From assembly GCA_043228905.1 (NCBI GenBank), contig JBHGNT010000007.1, positions 20,584,001 to 20,648,000 on the forward strand: DNA of 64,000 nt, given 5' to 3'. The position numbers were made by a program, and so were the translations under genes. The stretch's first letter is position 1. The number at the start of each line of letters is the position of its first letter. The stretch comes from Azolla caroliniana (Eukaryota; Plantae; Polypodiophyta). The notes beneath the pieces are model-generated. The model was not told the DNA's origin and searched no databases. It saw nothing but the letters and a program-made list of their open reading frames with translations. Positions 12,401-26,200 of the stretch are shown here, piece by piece.

Positions 12401-14835
12401 TTCGGCACAGTAAACTCGAGCCGGATTCCCTTCGAGCGACAGTACTCCTGGAACTGCCCCCGGTATTCCCCTCCGTTATCCGCTCGTATCGCTTTCAGCT
12501 TCTTGCCGGATTCCCTTTCCACTCTCGCGTGGAGTTCTTTGAAGACGCACAACACTTGGTCCTTTGTCTTCAGCGGTGCCGTCCACAGCTTCCGGCTGTG
12601 ATCATCAATGAATGTTACGAAGTACTGGGCTCCGCCATGTGACTTCGTTTCTACCTGACACACATCAGTGTGCACCAACTCCAATGGTGCGCTACGTCTC
12701 GTCGGTGGCCTTGAGTGGAAGGAGGTTCGGTTCTGCTTACCGGCCAGGCAATCGGTGCACTTCTCCAGGTGCACATGCTTCACTGGAATAAGGTTGTCTT
12801 CTGCAAGCCTCTTCATCCCCTTCTCGCTCATGTGGCACAGTCTTTTGTGCCACAGCTCACCGGCAGTGTCGGCTGCCACATTCAGCTCTTCCGGACATAA
12901 CCGGGCATTCATCAGGTACAATGTGTTGTCTTTCCGGGCCCGAGCCACTATCAGGCTCCCCTTGCTGAACTTCATTACGCCGTTCCGGATGCTACCTGTG
13001 TAGCCTTCATCGTCTAGCCTCCCGGCCGAAATCAGGTTCAATCGAACCTCCGGAACGTGTCGGACATCCTTCAGCAGCATTTTGCATCCGGTCGGGGTTG
13101 TCAACCACACGTCTCCGATGCCGGCAATCCGGCACGTACCTTCATTTCCCATCCGAACATAGCCATGCTCACCGGCTGTGTAGGATGAGAAGTATCTTCT
13201 CTCCGGGGTCAGGTGGAACGATGCTCCGGAATCGACCACCCAGGTCGTCTCATCGCCGGCAATGTTTAGTTCACCTTCTTCGGTGATGAGCATGATCTCC
13301 TCTTCACTTGCCGCGAGTGCCGTCGTTCCTTTCCTGTCCTGCCCTCGCCGATCCGAACCTCTCCGGTCCGTGGCTCCCCGGTATGCACCGTTTCTCTCCG
13401 GTGACTTCTTCGAATCGGTGTCGTCGGCTCCGTTGTCTTTTCGGTAATGCCGACAATTCTTTCGGAAGTGCCCCGGCTTCCCACAGTGGAAGCATGTGGG
13501 CCTTCCTCTTGACTGCGACCGGGTCCCCGACTTCTCCCGTCTTTGCGGACTCCGGTTCCATTGTCTTCCCCGATCCGATTCGGTAAGCAGCGCCTTCGAG
13601 TCGGAGGCCGGTTCTTTATCTCTCCGACGCGCTTCTTCGTTCAAAATACTTGTCTTTACCATTTGTAAGGACAAGTTATCTTCGGTGCAGGAGGTGCTGA
13701 GAGTCACCACCAAGTTCTCCCAGCTTTCCGGCAATGTACACATCAGGATGATGGCTTGCATTGCATCCTCCAACGGGAACTTGATCGCCGCAAGCTGATT
13801 CACGAATCCCATGAACGTGCTTACGTGTTCCACCATACTCTCGCCGTCCCGGTACTTGAGATTCACTATCTTCCTCATCAGGGAGGTCCGGTTCAACGCA
13901 TTCTTCCTCTCGTAGAGGCCCGACAGCTTCTTCCACATCTCATATGCGTTGGTGTCATTCGCCACGTGTTGTAGGACGCTTACATCGACATATTGTCGGA
14001 TCGTCGCTACGGCTTTCCGGTTCAGGAGCTTCCACTCCGACTCAAGTACCCCCTTCGGTATTTCCGACCTGTCAATCGGTTCGTACAGGTCCCGAACAAT
14101 CAGAAGATCCTCCATCTTGATCTTCCAGTCGGCGTAATTCTGCGCATTCAGCACCATCATCCCCGGCTGCCCGCTGCTGCCGCCTTCCATTTTCTGCAAC
14201 AGCTCGCTCTGATACCAGATTGTTGGGAATCGACGCTTCTATTCACCTTCACCACTCGGTCACAACCGATTAATCGCGGATCAATGCAGCAGAAAATAGG
14301 AACCACACGGAGAAACAAAAAAAACGCGAGCACACAGGGATTAACGTGGAAAACCCTAGACGGGAAAAACCACGGGAGTACAAGACTCCAAACCAACACT
14401 ATACAGAGAAGTATACAATGGCGAGCTGCAAGGCGACGACCTTGAGCTCGCTGTCCTCGCCACAGGCGGCGGAAATACACAGAGGCGTCTACCTCTTCCT
14501 CTCTCGCGCTCTATCTCTCTCTCTCTCTCACGGCTGCTCTCTCTTCACTCCTCTTGAGTGGAAAAACAGGAAAATGATCAGCAAGCAAAAAACAGTTTGC
14601 CCTAAGTCATATTTATGCATATATGACTTTGGGGCTATTTACAACTATAGCCTCAGGGGCCCATAGCAAACATATTCACGGATATGTCCCTGCATCCGGA
14701 TCGCTCTCCGGGTACATTCGTCATCCGGCACCAAAGCCGGGGTCTTCGTCATCCGGATCCGAAACCGAAACCGGGCTTGTCGGCATTCGTCTCCGACATC
14801 CGACCATCCCATCCGAAGGGACCGAAATCCCAACA
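9489..14835 (-). mobile_element. Full-length young Ty1/Copia element C (Tnt1/Tork-like)
   Basis: 615-bp LTRs at 9489-10103 and 14221-14835 with only about 2 differences seen; TSD ATACT both sides; PBS (tRNA-iMet) 14206-14217; PPT next to 10104. Confidence 0.98.
10114..14190 (-). CDS. gag-pol: Copia Gag-Pol polyprotein of element C, one premature stop in RNase H at 10357-10359
   Basis: 1280-aa ORF: gag, CFHCGKPGHFRKNC, VVDSGAS protease, integrase, RT LLYVDDML, RNase H; frame continues LYCDSQSAIHLAKN... to the natural stop at 10114. Confidence 0.96.
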
Positions 14836-17800
14836 ATACTTCCCTTCGCATCTAACCCCTGACAACTCCATTCTGATCTCGGAAGATGAGGTCAGTGAGG
14901 CCGAAATGCCTCTGGATGAAGAAGCAATCAGAGCTCTTGAAGAGAGTCCGATTTCATTCAAGCTAAGCGGGCCAAATGAGAGACTGAGATGGAATGACCA
15001 GTCCGATGACGAGTCGGCGAGTAGTGGACATATGGCCGTGCAATCCCCGCGCCAGAAGTCGAGAAGACGGCTTATGCGCGAAGAGAAGGGAAAGAAGAAG
15101 ATGTCGGAGTACGACGCTGATAAAGACGATTCGGATCGAAGCGAATCCAACTCCGAGAAGAACGAAGATGGACCCTCGGAAACGAAGTCCACGTCAGCCA
15201 AGAGGACCTCAAAATCGGCTCACTTGAAAGCAATTATGCCGATATACCCGCCAGAAGAACCCCGTGGTTTGGTTCAAATACAACGAGTACATGGTGCATC
15301 ATTACGCATACATGACACGAGTGACGGAAGTGCGTGAGCTAGAGAGCTACGCAGAAGCGGTGAAGGATACAAATTGGCGTGCCGTAATGGAAGAAGAGAT
15401 GCATGCATTAGCGTAAAATGAAACTTGGGACCTGGTTGGCGCCCCGAAGGGTGTAAAGCCAAATGACCTTGTACAACACCGACAACGTTGTCAACCGCTA
15501 CAAGTCCCGGTTAGTGGCGAACGGATACACACAACAACACGACATAGACTACGATGAGACCTTTGTGCCGGTCGCAAAGATGACAACCATCTATGTCCTC
15601 TTGCGGTAGCCATGGTAAAGGGGTGGCATTTACATCAGATGGATGTAAAGAATGCATTCCTGCAAGGAAAACTTGAGGAACAGGTGTACATGGTATAACC
15701 CCCGGATTTCAGTTCGGAAAGAACACCTTGGCGGTATGCCGACTGAAGAGGTTCCTCTACATACTAAAGCAAGCCCCGCATGCGTGGAATGTGAAGATCA
15801 TGCAACGCCTGTGTCAGATGGGGTTTGCGACGTCCAAATCAGACTCTTCATTGTTCGTCCGGCAAGGTCGACATAGACCGGTTAGTATTTTACTTTATGT
15901 TGATGATTTAGTCATCAACGACACTGACCTAGATGAAATTGGCCGTGTAAATTCCCAGCTCGCGGCATCATTCGACATGAAGGACCTAGGGGACCTTCAT
16001 TACTTCCTAGGGTTCGAAGTGATCCACACCCCCAAAGGAATACTAATCAACCAACGACATTATGTGTTGAGTATGCTCTTCAAGTTCGGGATGGCAGACT
16101 GTAAGTCCATCTCAACTCCTCTGGATAGAAACATCAAGCTTCGCAGAGATTCGGGAAAGGCGTGCAACCCGACATGGTTCCAACAGATTTTCGGAAGCCT
16201 AATTTATTTGACGATCACTTGGCCGGATCTCAAATACCCGGTCAGCCCGATCAGTCAATTTATGGTGCAGCCCACGGCCGAACATCTTCAATGCGCGCAA
16301 AGGATATTGCGCTATGTCTGCGGCACTAAGGATAGGGCGCTGCTATATCAGACCGGTATTTGTCAAACAGCTCGCAGGCTACTCGGATGCCGATTGGGCT
16401 GGAAATGCTGGCAATCGTAGATCCACATCTATGTTCACTTTCTTGCTTGGGAGCGTCGTGATCACCTGGAGCAGCAAGAAGGACAGTTGCACTGTTGAGC
16501 ATGGAGGCTGAGTATCGAGGAGTGGCTGTCGCGACATGCGAAGCGATTTGGCTCAAGAGGCTACTCAAGGATCTGTAGGTGGAGGTGCCCGATCCGACGA
16601 CGATCTATTGCGACAACCTCAGCTGCATCCAACTTTCGAACAACCCCGTCTTCCACACCCAGAACAAACACATTGAGGTGCACTACCATTTTCTCCACGA
16701 GCGTGTCCTCTCCGGTGAAGTTGAACTAGTATATGTTGCGACAGTTCGGCAAACTACCGACATCTTCACCAAGCCCCTTGGTCTCAACAAGTTGCGGCAA
16801 TTCTCGGGTGCGCTTGGTTTGCGGCACCTCGACGTGCCGAATTTGAGGGGGAGAAAAAACCAGGAAAGGGAGCAAGAAAGGAGCGGAAGTGACCACGAAG
16901 CCGTGTCGGATGAAGAATTCGATTTTGGGTTAGTTGAAGAAGCCGAAGGCGGAAATAGGGGCAGCAACCGAAGGGAAGAGCCAGAGTCAACCGAACGAGG
17001 AGGAGATGAAGCCAAGAAGGGCAAGAGGGCGAAGACCAAGACATGGTCAGATGTGGTCACGGGCCTGAAGACCGGAAACGAATTGGAGACAACCAATTCG
17101 GACAAAAGCGGAAACAAATCAGAGACAACCGATTCAGTTCGAAAATTCGATTCCGAGACTCCTAATCAACTAAAGGCCAAGCGGAGGAAAAGGCAGCGAA
17201 AGTGGCGCCAACATCGCGATAACAAGGGAGTTGGGAAGGGCCGCATGAGAAAACAAGCCAACCGAAAGGGTCGAGGCGCACGGAATCAAATGGGTCAAGG
17301 AGCATGACTGAGGGTTGAGCAGAAGAGCAGGTAGAACCTCAAGTTGAGCTTGAGGAGGAGTGTTGAGATACCTTCACTGCATATAGCTTTCGACGAACAA
17401 TTTTTTTGCGCTTATGCCATTTATCACTGTTGAGAATCAAGCTCAACATAGCACAACGTGTGAACACACCTTCTGAGAATCTATGATTACTCAAAGGTCA
17501 AGAGTCACACCACTACTCTCTACACATTAACTATGTGTCCTAGAATCATATTCTATGACACATAACTAATGAGTTACATATTCCCCATGACTATGAGTCT
17601 TCACATTCCCCAAGAGAGAGAGTGGTTGTTGTAAAGTTAATGAAGAGAGAGCGTGACTCTATATAAAGCACCCTCCTCATACTTCATACTAAGTTGGTTG
17701 TGACTCCTTGTAATGCTACATTTTGTATTTCCTATTCTACTTGTGAATATACACATTCTTCTTGAGTATTCCTTTTTTTATTTATCTTGTGTTCTCTCAT

Positions 17801-18045
17801 CTCTCCTCTAATTCCTCTCACACATACACATAACACACATCTCTTCCGCTACACAAGAATCATACCCGATTCTTTACATGGTATCAGAGCGATTTGGTAG
17901 CTCGATCTAGCCCACTTGCCTCTTCGTGATCGTGTGTTGTGCTCTACGCCGACGTTCAAGAAGAACCGGCTCATCGCTAGCGTAGTACCACTACATAGCT
18001 CATGTTCAAGAGAGAAGAAAAAGAAGAAAGGAAGCTTAATCGACA

Positions 18046-20800
18046 ATGAATACTCAAATGGGGAGCGCTCTCCCTAGCGAGAAGTTGGATCGCAACAACT
18101 TTGCATCTTGGTTGTACAAGACGCACCAATACCTTGTCGGCCAAGGCTACATCAAAGGAGCACAAGAAAACTGACCCGACCTGGAAGACACCGACTATGC
18201 AACGTGGGAGCAAGCGGCAAGCCGAGTGATGTATTGCTTGGCGACATGTGTTCACGACCTTGTGCTCAGGTACATTCGAGAAGCCGAGACGCCGAAGGAA
18301 GCACGGGAGAATCTACAAAAGTTTTTTGCCGCCAACACAACCGCGAGAAAGCTTCAACTCTGCCAAGAGTTGAACAACATCCAACAAAGGGATAGGTCCA
18401 TCACAAGCTACACCTTGAAGATCAAGGAGCTTTGTGACTCGCTCAGCTCGATAAGCGTCAATGTGGACGATGATGAGATGGTGCAAATATGCGTCGGCGG
18501 CCTTGCACCACGATTCGGCGGGATGAGGACTGCCATACTAGCACGGGAGAATCCACCCTCCTTCTTTGATCTTCAATCCATGTTGTTGGTTGAAGAGAAT
18601 CATGTTCGAACAAGGAACAACGCCTCGGAAGGCCAAATGCTCTACACGCATTCAGACGGAGGAAGAGGACACGACCGTGCAAGAAGAGGCCGATTCACCC
18701 AAGGACGTGGCGGACAAGGCCCGATTTACGAAAACAACTCTCAATTACGGCAACAAGATGGAGGCCATCGAGGAACCTTTGGAAGAAGGGGGAGCCACCA
18801 TTCCGGTTCGAGTCACCAAAACTCGATCGAATGCGGATATTGCGGAAAAATCGGCCATCGCGAAGAAGAGTGCCGAAAGAAGATGCGCGAGTCAGCATCC
18901 ACAAGCGGACAACTCACGAATTACGCCACCAACTCTGAGTACGACGATTACGGCGGACTATTCGTGATGAAACATAGAACAAACTCTATGTTGGCTTCTA
19001 CATCAACTAGTGCCTCCTGTCCGGAAGAAGTATGGTTCGTCGATTCCGGTGCTTCGGACCATATGACGTCCCACCAAGAGTGGTTCCGAGACTTGCGGGA
19101 ACCGGATCAACCCGGTTATGTCGAGACCGGAGACGATACCACTCATCCGATTAGGCATGTCGGGAATGTCCCATTCGGGAAAGATGGCGAACAAACTTGC
19201 ATAAAAAATGTATTACATGTACCCACCATAACGAAGAATTTGGTCTCAGTCGGCCAAATTGTGGAGCAAGGGATGTAAGTTCAATTCAACCAAGGTGGTT
19301 GCTTCATCGAGAAGGAAGGCTGACTCATCACTCGGGGTCGAAAGGAAGGTCAAATGTTTATCCTCGAGTCAAACGAAGTGAAATCGGCCATGTATGCAAA
19401 GGGCCTCAAACCCGACACCAACATAGAGCTATGGCACAAGCGAATTGGCCATATCAACCTTCAAAGCTCAAGGCAATGCAATCGAAAGGAGTCGTCATCG
19501 GACTCCAGACCTTCAAAGAGCAAGAGATTGAAGGCGTATGTGTGGCGTGCCAATTCGGCAAGCAACATCGGCATCCATTTCCGAAGGAGAGGAATGTAAG
19601 CAAAGGCGTACTTGACGTAATTCATTCTGATGTATGGGGACCGGCTCAAACGGCGACATTCGGCGGATGCCGATACTACGTGACCTTCGTCGACGACTTC
19701 TCTAGGCACACTTGGATCTACCCGATGCGGCAAAAGAGCGAAGTGTTCGGACACTTCCAAAAATTCAAGAATGAAGTCGAGAAAGCCATGGGCCGACATG
19801 TACGATGTCTTCGGTCGGATGGAGGCAAGGAATATTTCTTGGATGAGTTTATGGCATATCTAGGGAAAGAAGGAATTTGACGAGAGTTTTCGTGTCGACA
19901 TACGCCACAACAAAACGGAGTGGCCGAACGCAAGAATCGACACATCCTTGAACTGGCACGAGCTATGCTTAACGAAAAGCACATGCTGAAATCGTATTGG
20001 GCGGCATCGGCTAACACATCCGTCTATCTCATGAATCGGTGTACGACATCCGGCGTGCATGAACTCACGCTGCACGAGAAGTTCTATGGAAAGAAGCCGG
20101 ATCTATCACATGTTCGGATATTTGGTTCCATTGCATACATGCACATCCCCGACGAAAAGTGACAAAAGCTCGACCCGAAGTTGGAGAAATGTATCCTCAT
20201 AGGATACTCACTGGAGCAAAAGGGGTACAAGTGCTATAACCCCTTGACTTGGAAAGTTCGAGTAAGTCGAGACGTCGTTTTTGACGAGTCTGCATCCTGA
20301 TATGCACCAGAGACAACTTCGACTCCGATTCCGCTCGACCCGGAATCCGCCGAACAAGAGATAGAGGATGAAGATCGCCTTATGCGCATGTTCGAAGATA
20401 GTCCGATCACGACCCGACTGAGCGGACCACAAGAGCCTCCGAGCGATCAAAGCACATCTCAACTGAGTCCGAAGCTAGACAAAGGGAAGGCCAAAATGCC
20501 AGAGTATGAAGATGATCATTTCGACGACATCGAATCGACTCACTCCCTCGATAGTGAGTTTGAAGGCCTTGACATCCGGACAAATGGAGTGAAGAATGCC
20601 TTAGAATCCGCAAACGAGAAGCTCCGCCGATCCACCCGTGAAAAGAACCCTGCAAGCTACGATGAGTACATGGCGTACCATTATGCATTTATGATGAAGG
20701 TGGCAACAGTACGGGAACTAGAAACCTTTTCCAAAGCCGCGAAGGACCCGCGATGGATCGAAGCAATGAACGAGGAGATGCGTGCATTACACAAGAACGA
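18046..20800 (+). pseudogene. gag-protease-integrase of element D, disrupted
   Basis: CGYCGKIGHREEEC, WFVDSGAS, VIHSDVWGP, AERKNRH; several stops and frameshifts; RT/RNase H continue at 21407-21786 and 30860-32110. Confidence 0.93.
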
Positions 20801-21406
20801 TGTCGCGAAGATGCGCATGCGAGCATGCTTCGCTTGAGCATGACCACCGGGGTCTTGGACCAAGGAGGATGTCCATCAAGGTATTGAGAAGAAGACGATG
20901 TGAATGTAAGATTGGAGGAAGACCTATTAGACTTGAGAAGATTGAAGATTGTACACTTGAGAAGTAGATAAATAATTACAAGATAGATGTGAAGAAGAAG
21001 AAATAGAAGCTCATATTATTGATGGTGATGATGATGGTCATATCATATTGAGCCCCCCCCCTTTACACAAGCCGTACTAGGGGTTTTATAGGTTTGTCCA
21101 TGTAGGAAACCATGGGCTTAAAACCGTGGTTTTGTGTACACGGTTTTGTTCGTTTGTTTCCTACGGAATACTGAATATGAGAAAGAAATATAGAACATCT
21201 AAACCACTTAGTAGTAGCTTTAGTGGTAAGGTAATTGCCTCTTATCTTAGAGGTGCAAGGTTCAAATCCTACTTGCAATCCTCTACATGCACTCAATGCC
21301 ATTGTGACCTAGGTTTATTTATTTTCATTTTTACAAGTATTCGTGAAATGTGTGTGGATCCTCAATTTTTGACTTTTTCTTGCACTAGACATGCTACATC
21401 ATGACA
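20801..21406 (-). mobile_element. Gypsy-type solo LTR in element D
   Basis: TGTC...GACA termini; 4-bp TSD ACGA; D reading frame resumes (KNETWDLV); shares CCAC.GGGGT.TTGGAC motif with the other Gypsy LTRs. Confidence 0.9.
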
Positions 21407-22429
21407 ACGAGACATGGGATCTTGTTCCCCACTCACCGCACAAGAAGACAATTGGCTGTAGATGGATCTAGAAGGTGAAGTATAATGCCGATGGCTTCGT
21501 AAACCGTTACAAAGATCGACTCGGAGCGAAAAGATATGCAAAAACACATGGAGTCGACTATGGGGAAACCTTTGCCCCGGTGGCAAAGATGACGACGGTG
21601 TGGACCGTAATTGCACTCGCAACGGTGAAAGGTGGCACCTCCACCAGATGGACGTCAAGAACGCATTCCTCCAAGGAGAATTAGAAGAGGTGTACATGGT
21701 ACAACTTCTCGGCTTCAAATCACCCATTCATCCAAAAGCCATGTGCCGACTCAAGAAGCCATTGTACGGCCTTGAGCAAGCACCTCTGTCGTGAAAATCC
21801 GTCACTATGTGCGGATCGTGAGGTGGAACCGTCGGGGTTCTGGACTAGAAGGATTTAGTGCAACACGTACAACACAAGCAAGTTTTAAGCATAAGACAAG
21901 TGGGAGAGACAAATCATTTGTTTATTGCAAAAGAAAATCGATTCTTTATAATTTCATAATCTTGTTACAATGGGTTGGGTATGGAAATGAGAGATTAGTT
22001 TTTCAAAGAAAGGAGCCCACAACCATGCAAGGAGTGGTCCGATATGAATACGAGAGATAATTTTTTACAAGAAAGCTCAAGTAAACAAAGCTAAGAGTTT
22101 GATATCAATATGTGAGATAATTTTCTTCTCGAATCCGAGAGGGAAGAAGAAAGAAGGGGAAAAAAGAAGAAGAAAAAAAACTACGAGGGAAAAAATGGGA
22201 CATATATCGAGCTCCTCGTTGATCCTCCTCCCCAATGTTACTTTGCATGCCCACTTTTAGTCGGATGACCTCTATTTTTAGTTGCATGGCCTCTGCTTTT
22301 AGTTGCATGCTTCCATTTTTAGATGCATGCCTTTTTACTTTTAGTTGCATGGCCTTGGCTTTTGGTTGCATGCGATTGTCCGTATAATTCGGCCAAATGA
22401 CACAATCATCCATAAAGTTTAGCCCGTGC

Positions 22430-22830
22430 GCAATCGGTACGTGCGTCACAACCAAACCGTAGACGCGTCAGCGTGCAAAAGTCTCGACCACGTAGTAGTG
22501 TACTCATCCACGCATGCGCACGTCCCGACCGCGCCGTAGTGTACGCATCCACGCGCGCGCGCGTCCAACCTGCACCGTATACGCATCCGCGCACAAAAGT
22601 CTCGTCCGCACCGTAGTGTACGCATCCACGCATGCGCGCGTGCGCACACATGTGTCCGCGCCACACATACACGTCCTTCCGAAACGTCCACGCGTACGTC
22701 CACGCATCCGCACATACGCGTCCATCCGAAACTTGCACACACGTGTACATCCGAAGACGTCCATGCGGGCGTACTTTCGAAAACGTCCACCCGGCCATTT
22801 AGACGCGTGTACGCCGAAAGCGTGCACACC
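22430..22830. repeat. CpG-dense imperfect tandem repeat inside the E LTR (also about 29455-29681 and 30411-30540)
   Basis: Repeated CGTAGTGTACGCATCCACGCATGCGC and CCGAAACGTCCACGCGTAC motifs. Confidence 0.85.
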
Positions 22831-23210
22831 ATATAGTGTAGACCAAGTCACCTTGAACATCCTATGCTCCACACATTGATAGAATGAATATGTTTTGGTT
22901 TCCATTATATATTCTGGGTTCCAATGTTGTCCTATCTATGTGGGATATCTCACAATTTTGTCTTTTCTTTTCTTTTCTTCAAACTTCACACTCACATAAC
23001 TTGATACTTGTTTATCCGTTTTATGCATAGTAAAATACGTTATGAAGCTCTATAACACATCTATCTTTCCATATCCATATATTAAGCTAATCGTAAATAG
23101 TTATTTTACTAGTTTTCATATCGTGTGTGAAAAACCACACGACATTCACCCCCACCAAACCTGCACATCCACCGGTATGTGCCAATTGTGGTGAGGTTCC
23201 TCTTTTTTAA

Positions 23211-26200
23211 TTACTCTTCTTCAACCTCGATGTTCGAGGATACATCATCTAGATTTTCGATCTCAAGATTTGGGGCTTCTCTTCTCTTAAAGATCTTGAT
23301 CCTCTTCCTTGCTATCGGCAAAGCAAGTCGAGTTCTATCCAACTCCGCTAAAAAATAGGTGGCATTGCTTTCTACTTTCTTGACCATATACGGGCCAAAC
23401 CATTGTTTTGCGAACTTTCGAGCAGTGCTATATTGATTATCGAGATTACTATCATAGACAAGAACCCAATCTCCTTCTTCAATTTTTCTTTGTCTAAGAC
23501 GATGCTTTCTATCAAAATTCTCCTTGTTCTTCAATCGAGCTTGGCGCAACCGTTCTATTGCCAACTCGACATCTTCGGGCCTTCGTTCTAATTGTTGAAT
23601 CCTCGTGGCTAGCAAGTCTTCCCGACTCATTTCCTCTTGCCATGGCAAAGACGTCCACGAAGCAACACTTTGCTCAATAGGCATTATTGGTTTTTGTCCT
23701 AATATGAGTTCGGCGGGCATATATCCCGTAGTCGCGCTATGTGTAGTTCTATCTGCCCACAATGCATAAGGTAGTAATTGTGGCCAATTTCCCATCTTGC
23801 CGTCACAAGTCTTTGCTAGAGCTTTTACAATTGGACTATGTCCTCGTTCCTCCTTCCCATTTGCGTCCGGGTTGTATGCCACGGTGAGCGATAATTTGAC
23901 GCCTATTCTTGAAAAGAACTCTTTAGCTTCATTCGCATCTAATTCTCCTCTATCGGCCACTATTTTGCTGACACATCCGTATCGACAAATAACATCTTCA
24001 AGGAGAAACCTACAAACCGCCGAAGTTGTTTTATTCCTTAGCGCCCGTCCTTCTACTTGGTTGGTGAGATCCTTTCTTGCTAGCATGAGATATTTCAATT
24101 GCCCCAATCCCATTGTCATAACCACTATGTCTACCAACCACTTATAATGCATTGATAATGGATATGTCGGATGAAGTTCATCCCTATGTTGAATATTCGA
24201 GTATAATTGGCATTGCTCACATGTTTCAACATAGCTTGCTACATCATTGTAAACATAGCTTGCCACCAATACTTCTCCTTGAGCTTTGCAAATGTTGCCC
24301 ATATTCCACGATGACCTGCCCACACACTATCATGAAATTCAACAATTAGTGTTTGTTGATCTTGTTTCTTGCACACCACTCGAAGTGGAGTTCCATTCTT
24401 TTTCTTCGGAAACTTCCATAGATGTCCTTCTTTGAGGAAGAACTTGTAGGCCTTCTTCCTAATTCGGTAGAAGTCTTCCTTTGACCATGATTCATCTTTT
24501 GTAAGAGAGCTTAAGTATTTGCCAATTTCGATGAATTCACCCTCATAATCTTCTACTTTGAACACTGCTAGCACCCGAGCACAAGAAACCGTAAAGAAGT
24601 TTAGGCCAACATCCTCTTCGTCGGAGTGCAAATCTTCTTCACCCTCATACCTCGCCCTTGACAACATATCGGCCACCACATTATGCTTTCCATTTATATG
24701 CCGAATCTCGGGGTTGAGGGACTTGATATAGGCAATCCATCGCAGCATAGCAATATCCGGTGTAGCAAAACCGGATATCATTCTGAGAATAGGTAGACAG
24801 TCGGTTTCGATTATGACCTCTGTTCCTATAAGGTAGTCATGGTTGGTTTTAACCGCGGATATTATTCCCCATAGCTCTCTCTTTACTTGAGCATACTTCC
24901 TTTGTCTTTTGGTTAACACCTTCGCACCGAATCAGATTGCATACCGATTCTTTTCTTTGTCTTCTTGGTTTATCACCCACCCAATTCCGGTTGGGCTCGC
25001 ATCCACCGTCACATATATCGGGGTACCATCGGTGTAGTCGGCTTTGCGCAATGCTGGAGCTTCCAATAATAGTTTCTTTAGCTTTCGAATCGCGTAGGTA
25101 TGCTCATCTTCCCATTCGAACTTCTTCCTTTTCTTTAATAGTCCATACAATGGTTCAACGACATGGGCATAATGTGGAATCCATATGTGATAGAATGCAC
25201 ATGCTCCCAAGAATCTACGCACCTCCGTTTGAGACACACATTCTTCTTTCATCTCTTGAATAGCGTTCACCTTGGATGGAGATGGTTTCTGGCCATAAGA
25301 CCCACATAAGTGTCCTACTACCAATATTTCTCTCCCGAAACCGTGAGATTCGCATCCTCAAGCTTTTGCAACACCTTCTCGCTATCCTTTATATGATCGA
25401 TGACGAATCTTCGACAACCATCTTCATCTTTCGATTCATCTTTCTTTTCCATCAAGCATCCTTTGATTGGAATGTCATCTAACAAGGGCATTGTGATATC
25501 GGGGATGCAATCCCTCAACACTTTATTCATGGCATTCACCATGTGGGCTACGGAATTTGTTGCACCTTGGGGTAAGGTGCACATCCTTACCAACCCAATC
25601 AGCGTCCTCATTGTCGTTATGTCTCTACTATCGACGACCAATTGAAATTGATCATAACCCGAGTAGAGATCTCCAATGGAATAGATCGATCTTCCCGTGA
25701 AGGCTTCGGCAAATTCATCCACGCTTGGACCAATTCCGGAATTTCGGATCGTCACCTTTTTGACGAGTTGGAGATATTGTATAAAGCGTAAGGACCCGTT
25801 CTTCTTCGGCACCGTAAACCATCTATTAGAGTAGGGAGCATTGGATGGCTCAAGAATTCCCATCCTAACCTTTTCCTTTAGAAGCTCAATCAACTTTGGA
25901 ATGTGAGCTCTTGGAACCGGTATCAGCTTGAGGTTCCAAGGTACATGTGGCACCGTAAAAATCACCATCGGCTCTATTATCTTCGGGTCAGCACATCCGA
26001 TCTCTTGTGGAGAGAAGGCAAAGGCTTTCCCATGTCTCTCAAGCATTCCGCGGAACATTCTCTCCTCTTCAGGGAGAAGGAAATCTTCCCTTCCAACTTG
26101 TAGCTTTCCTTTCGTCTCTTTGGTGAAGACATGAACTATTGCCTTTGGATCCCTTAAGCTCGGATCATTGGCAACTTCTTTCATCTTCTACCAGCTATCT

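Larger units (their letters stand above)
6268..17371 (+). mobile_element. Ty1/Copia element B, degenerate, 3' LTR truncated, hosts two insertions
   Basis: 5' LTR 6268-6634 (TGTTGAGATAC...TCA); PBS TGGTATTAGAGC 6635-6646; gag ATG 6739; integrase (IHSDVWG), RT (LLYVDDLV), RNase H (YSDADWAG); PPT 17350-17360; only 11 bp of the 3' LTR remain at 17361-17371. Confidence 0.92.

Noticed and set aside
10391-14480. Numerous antisense and overlapping ORFs over retroelement pol regions (also 45613-50394)
   Set aside because: Shadow frames of GC-rich coding sequence, with no independent motifs
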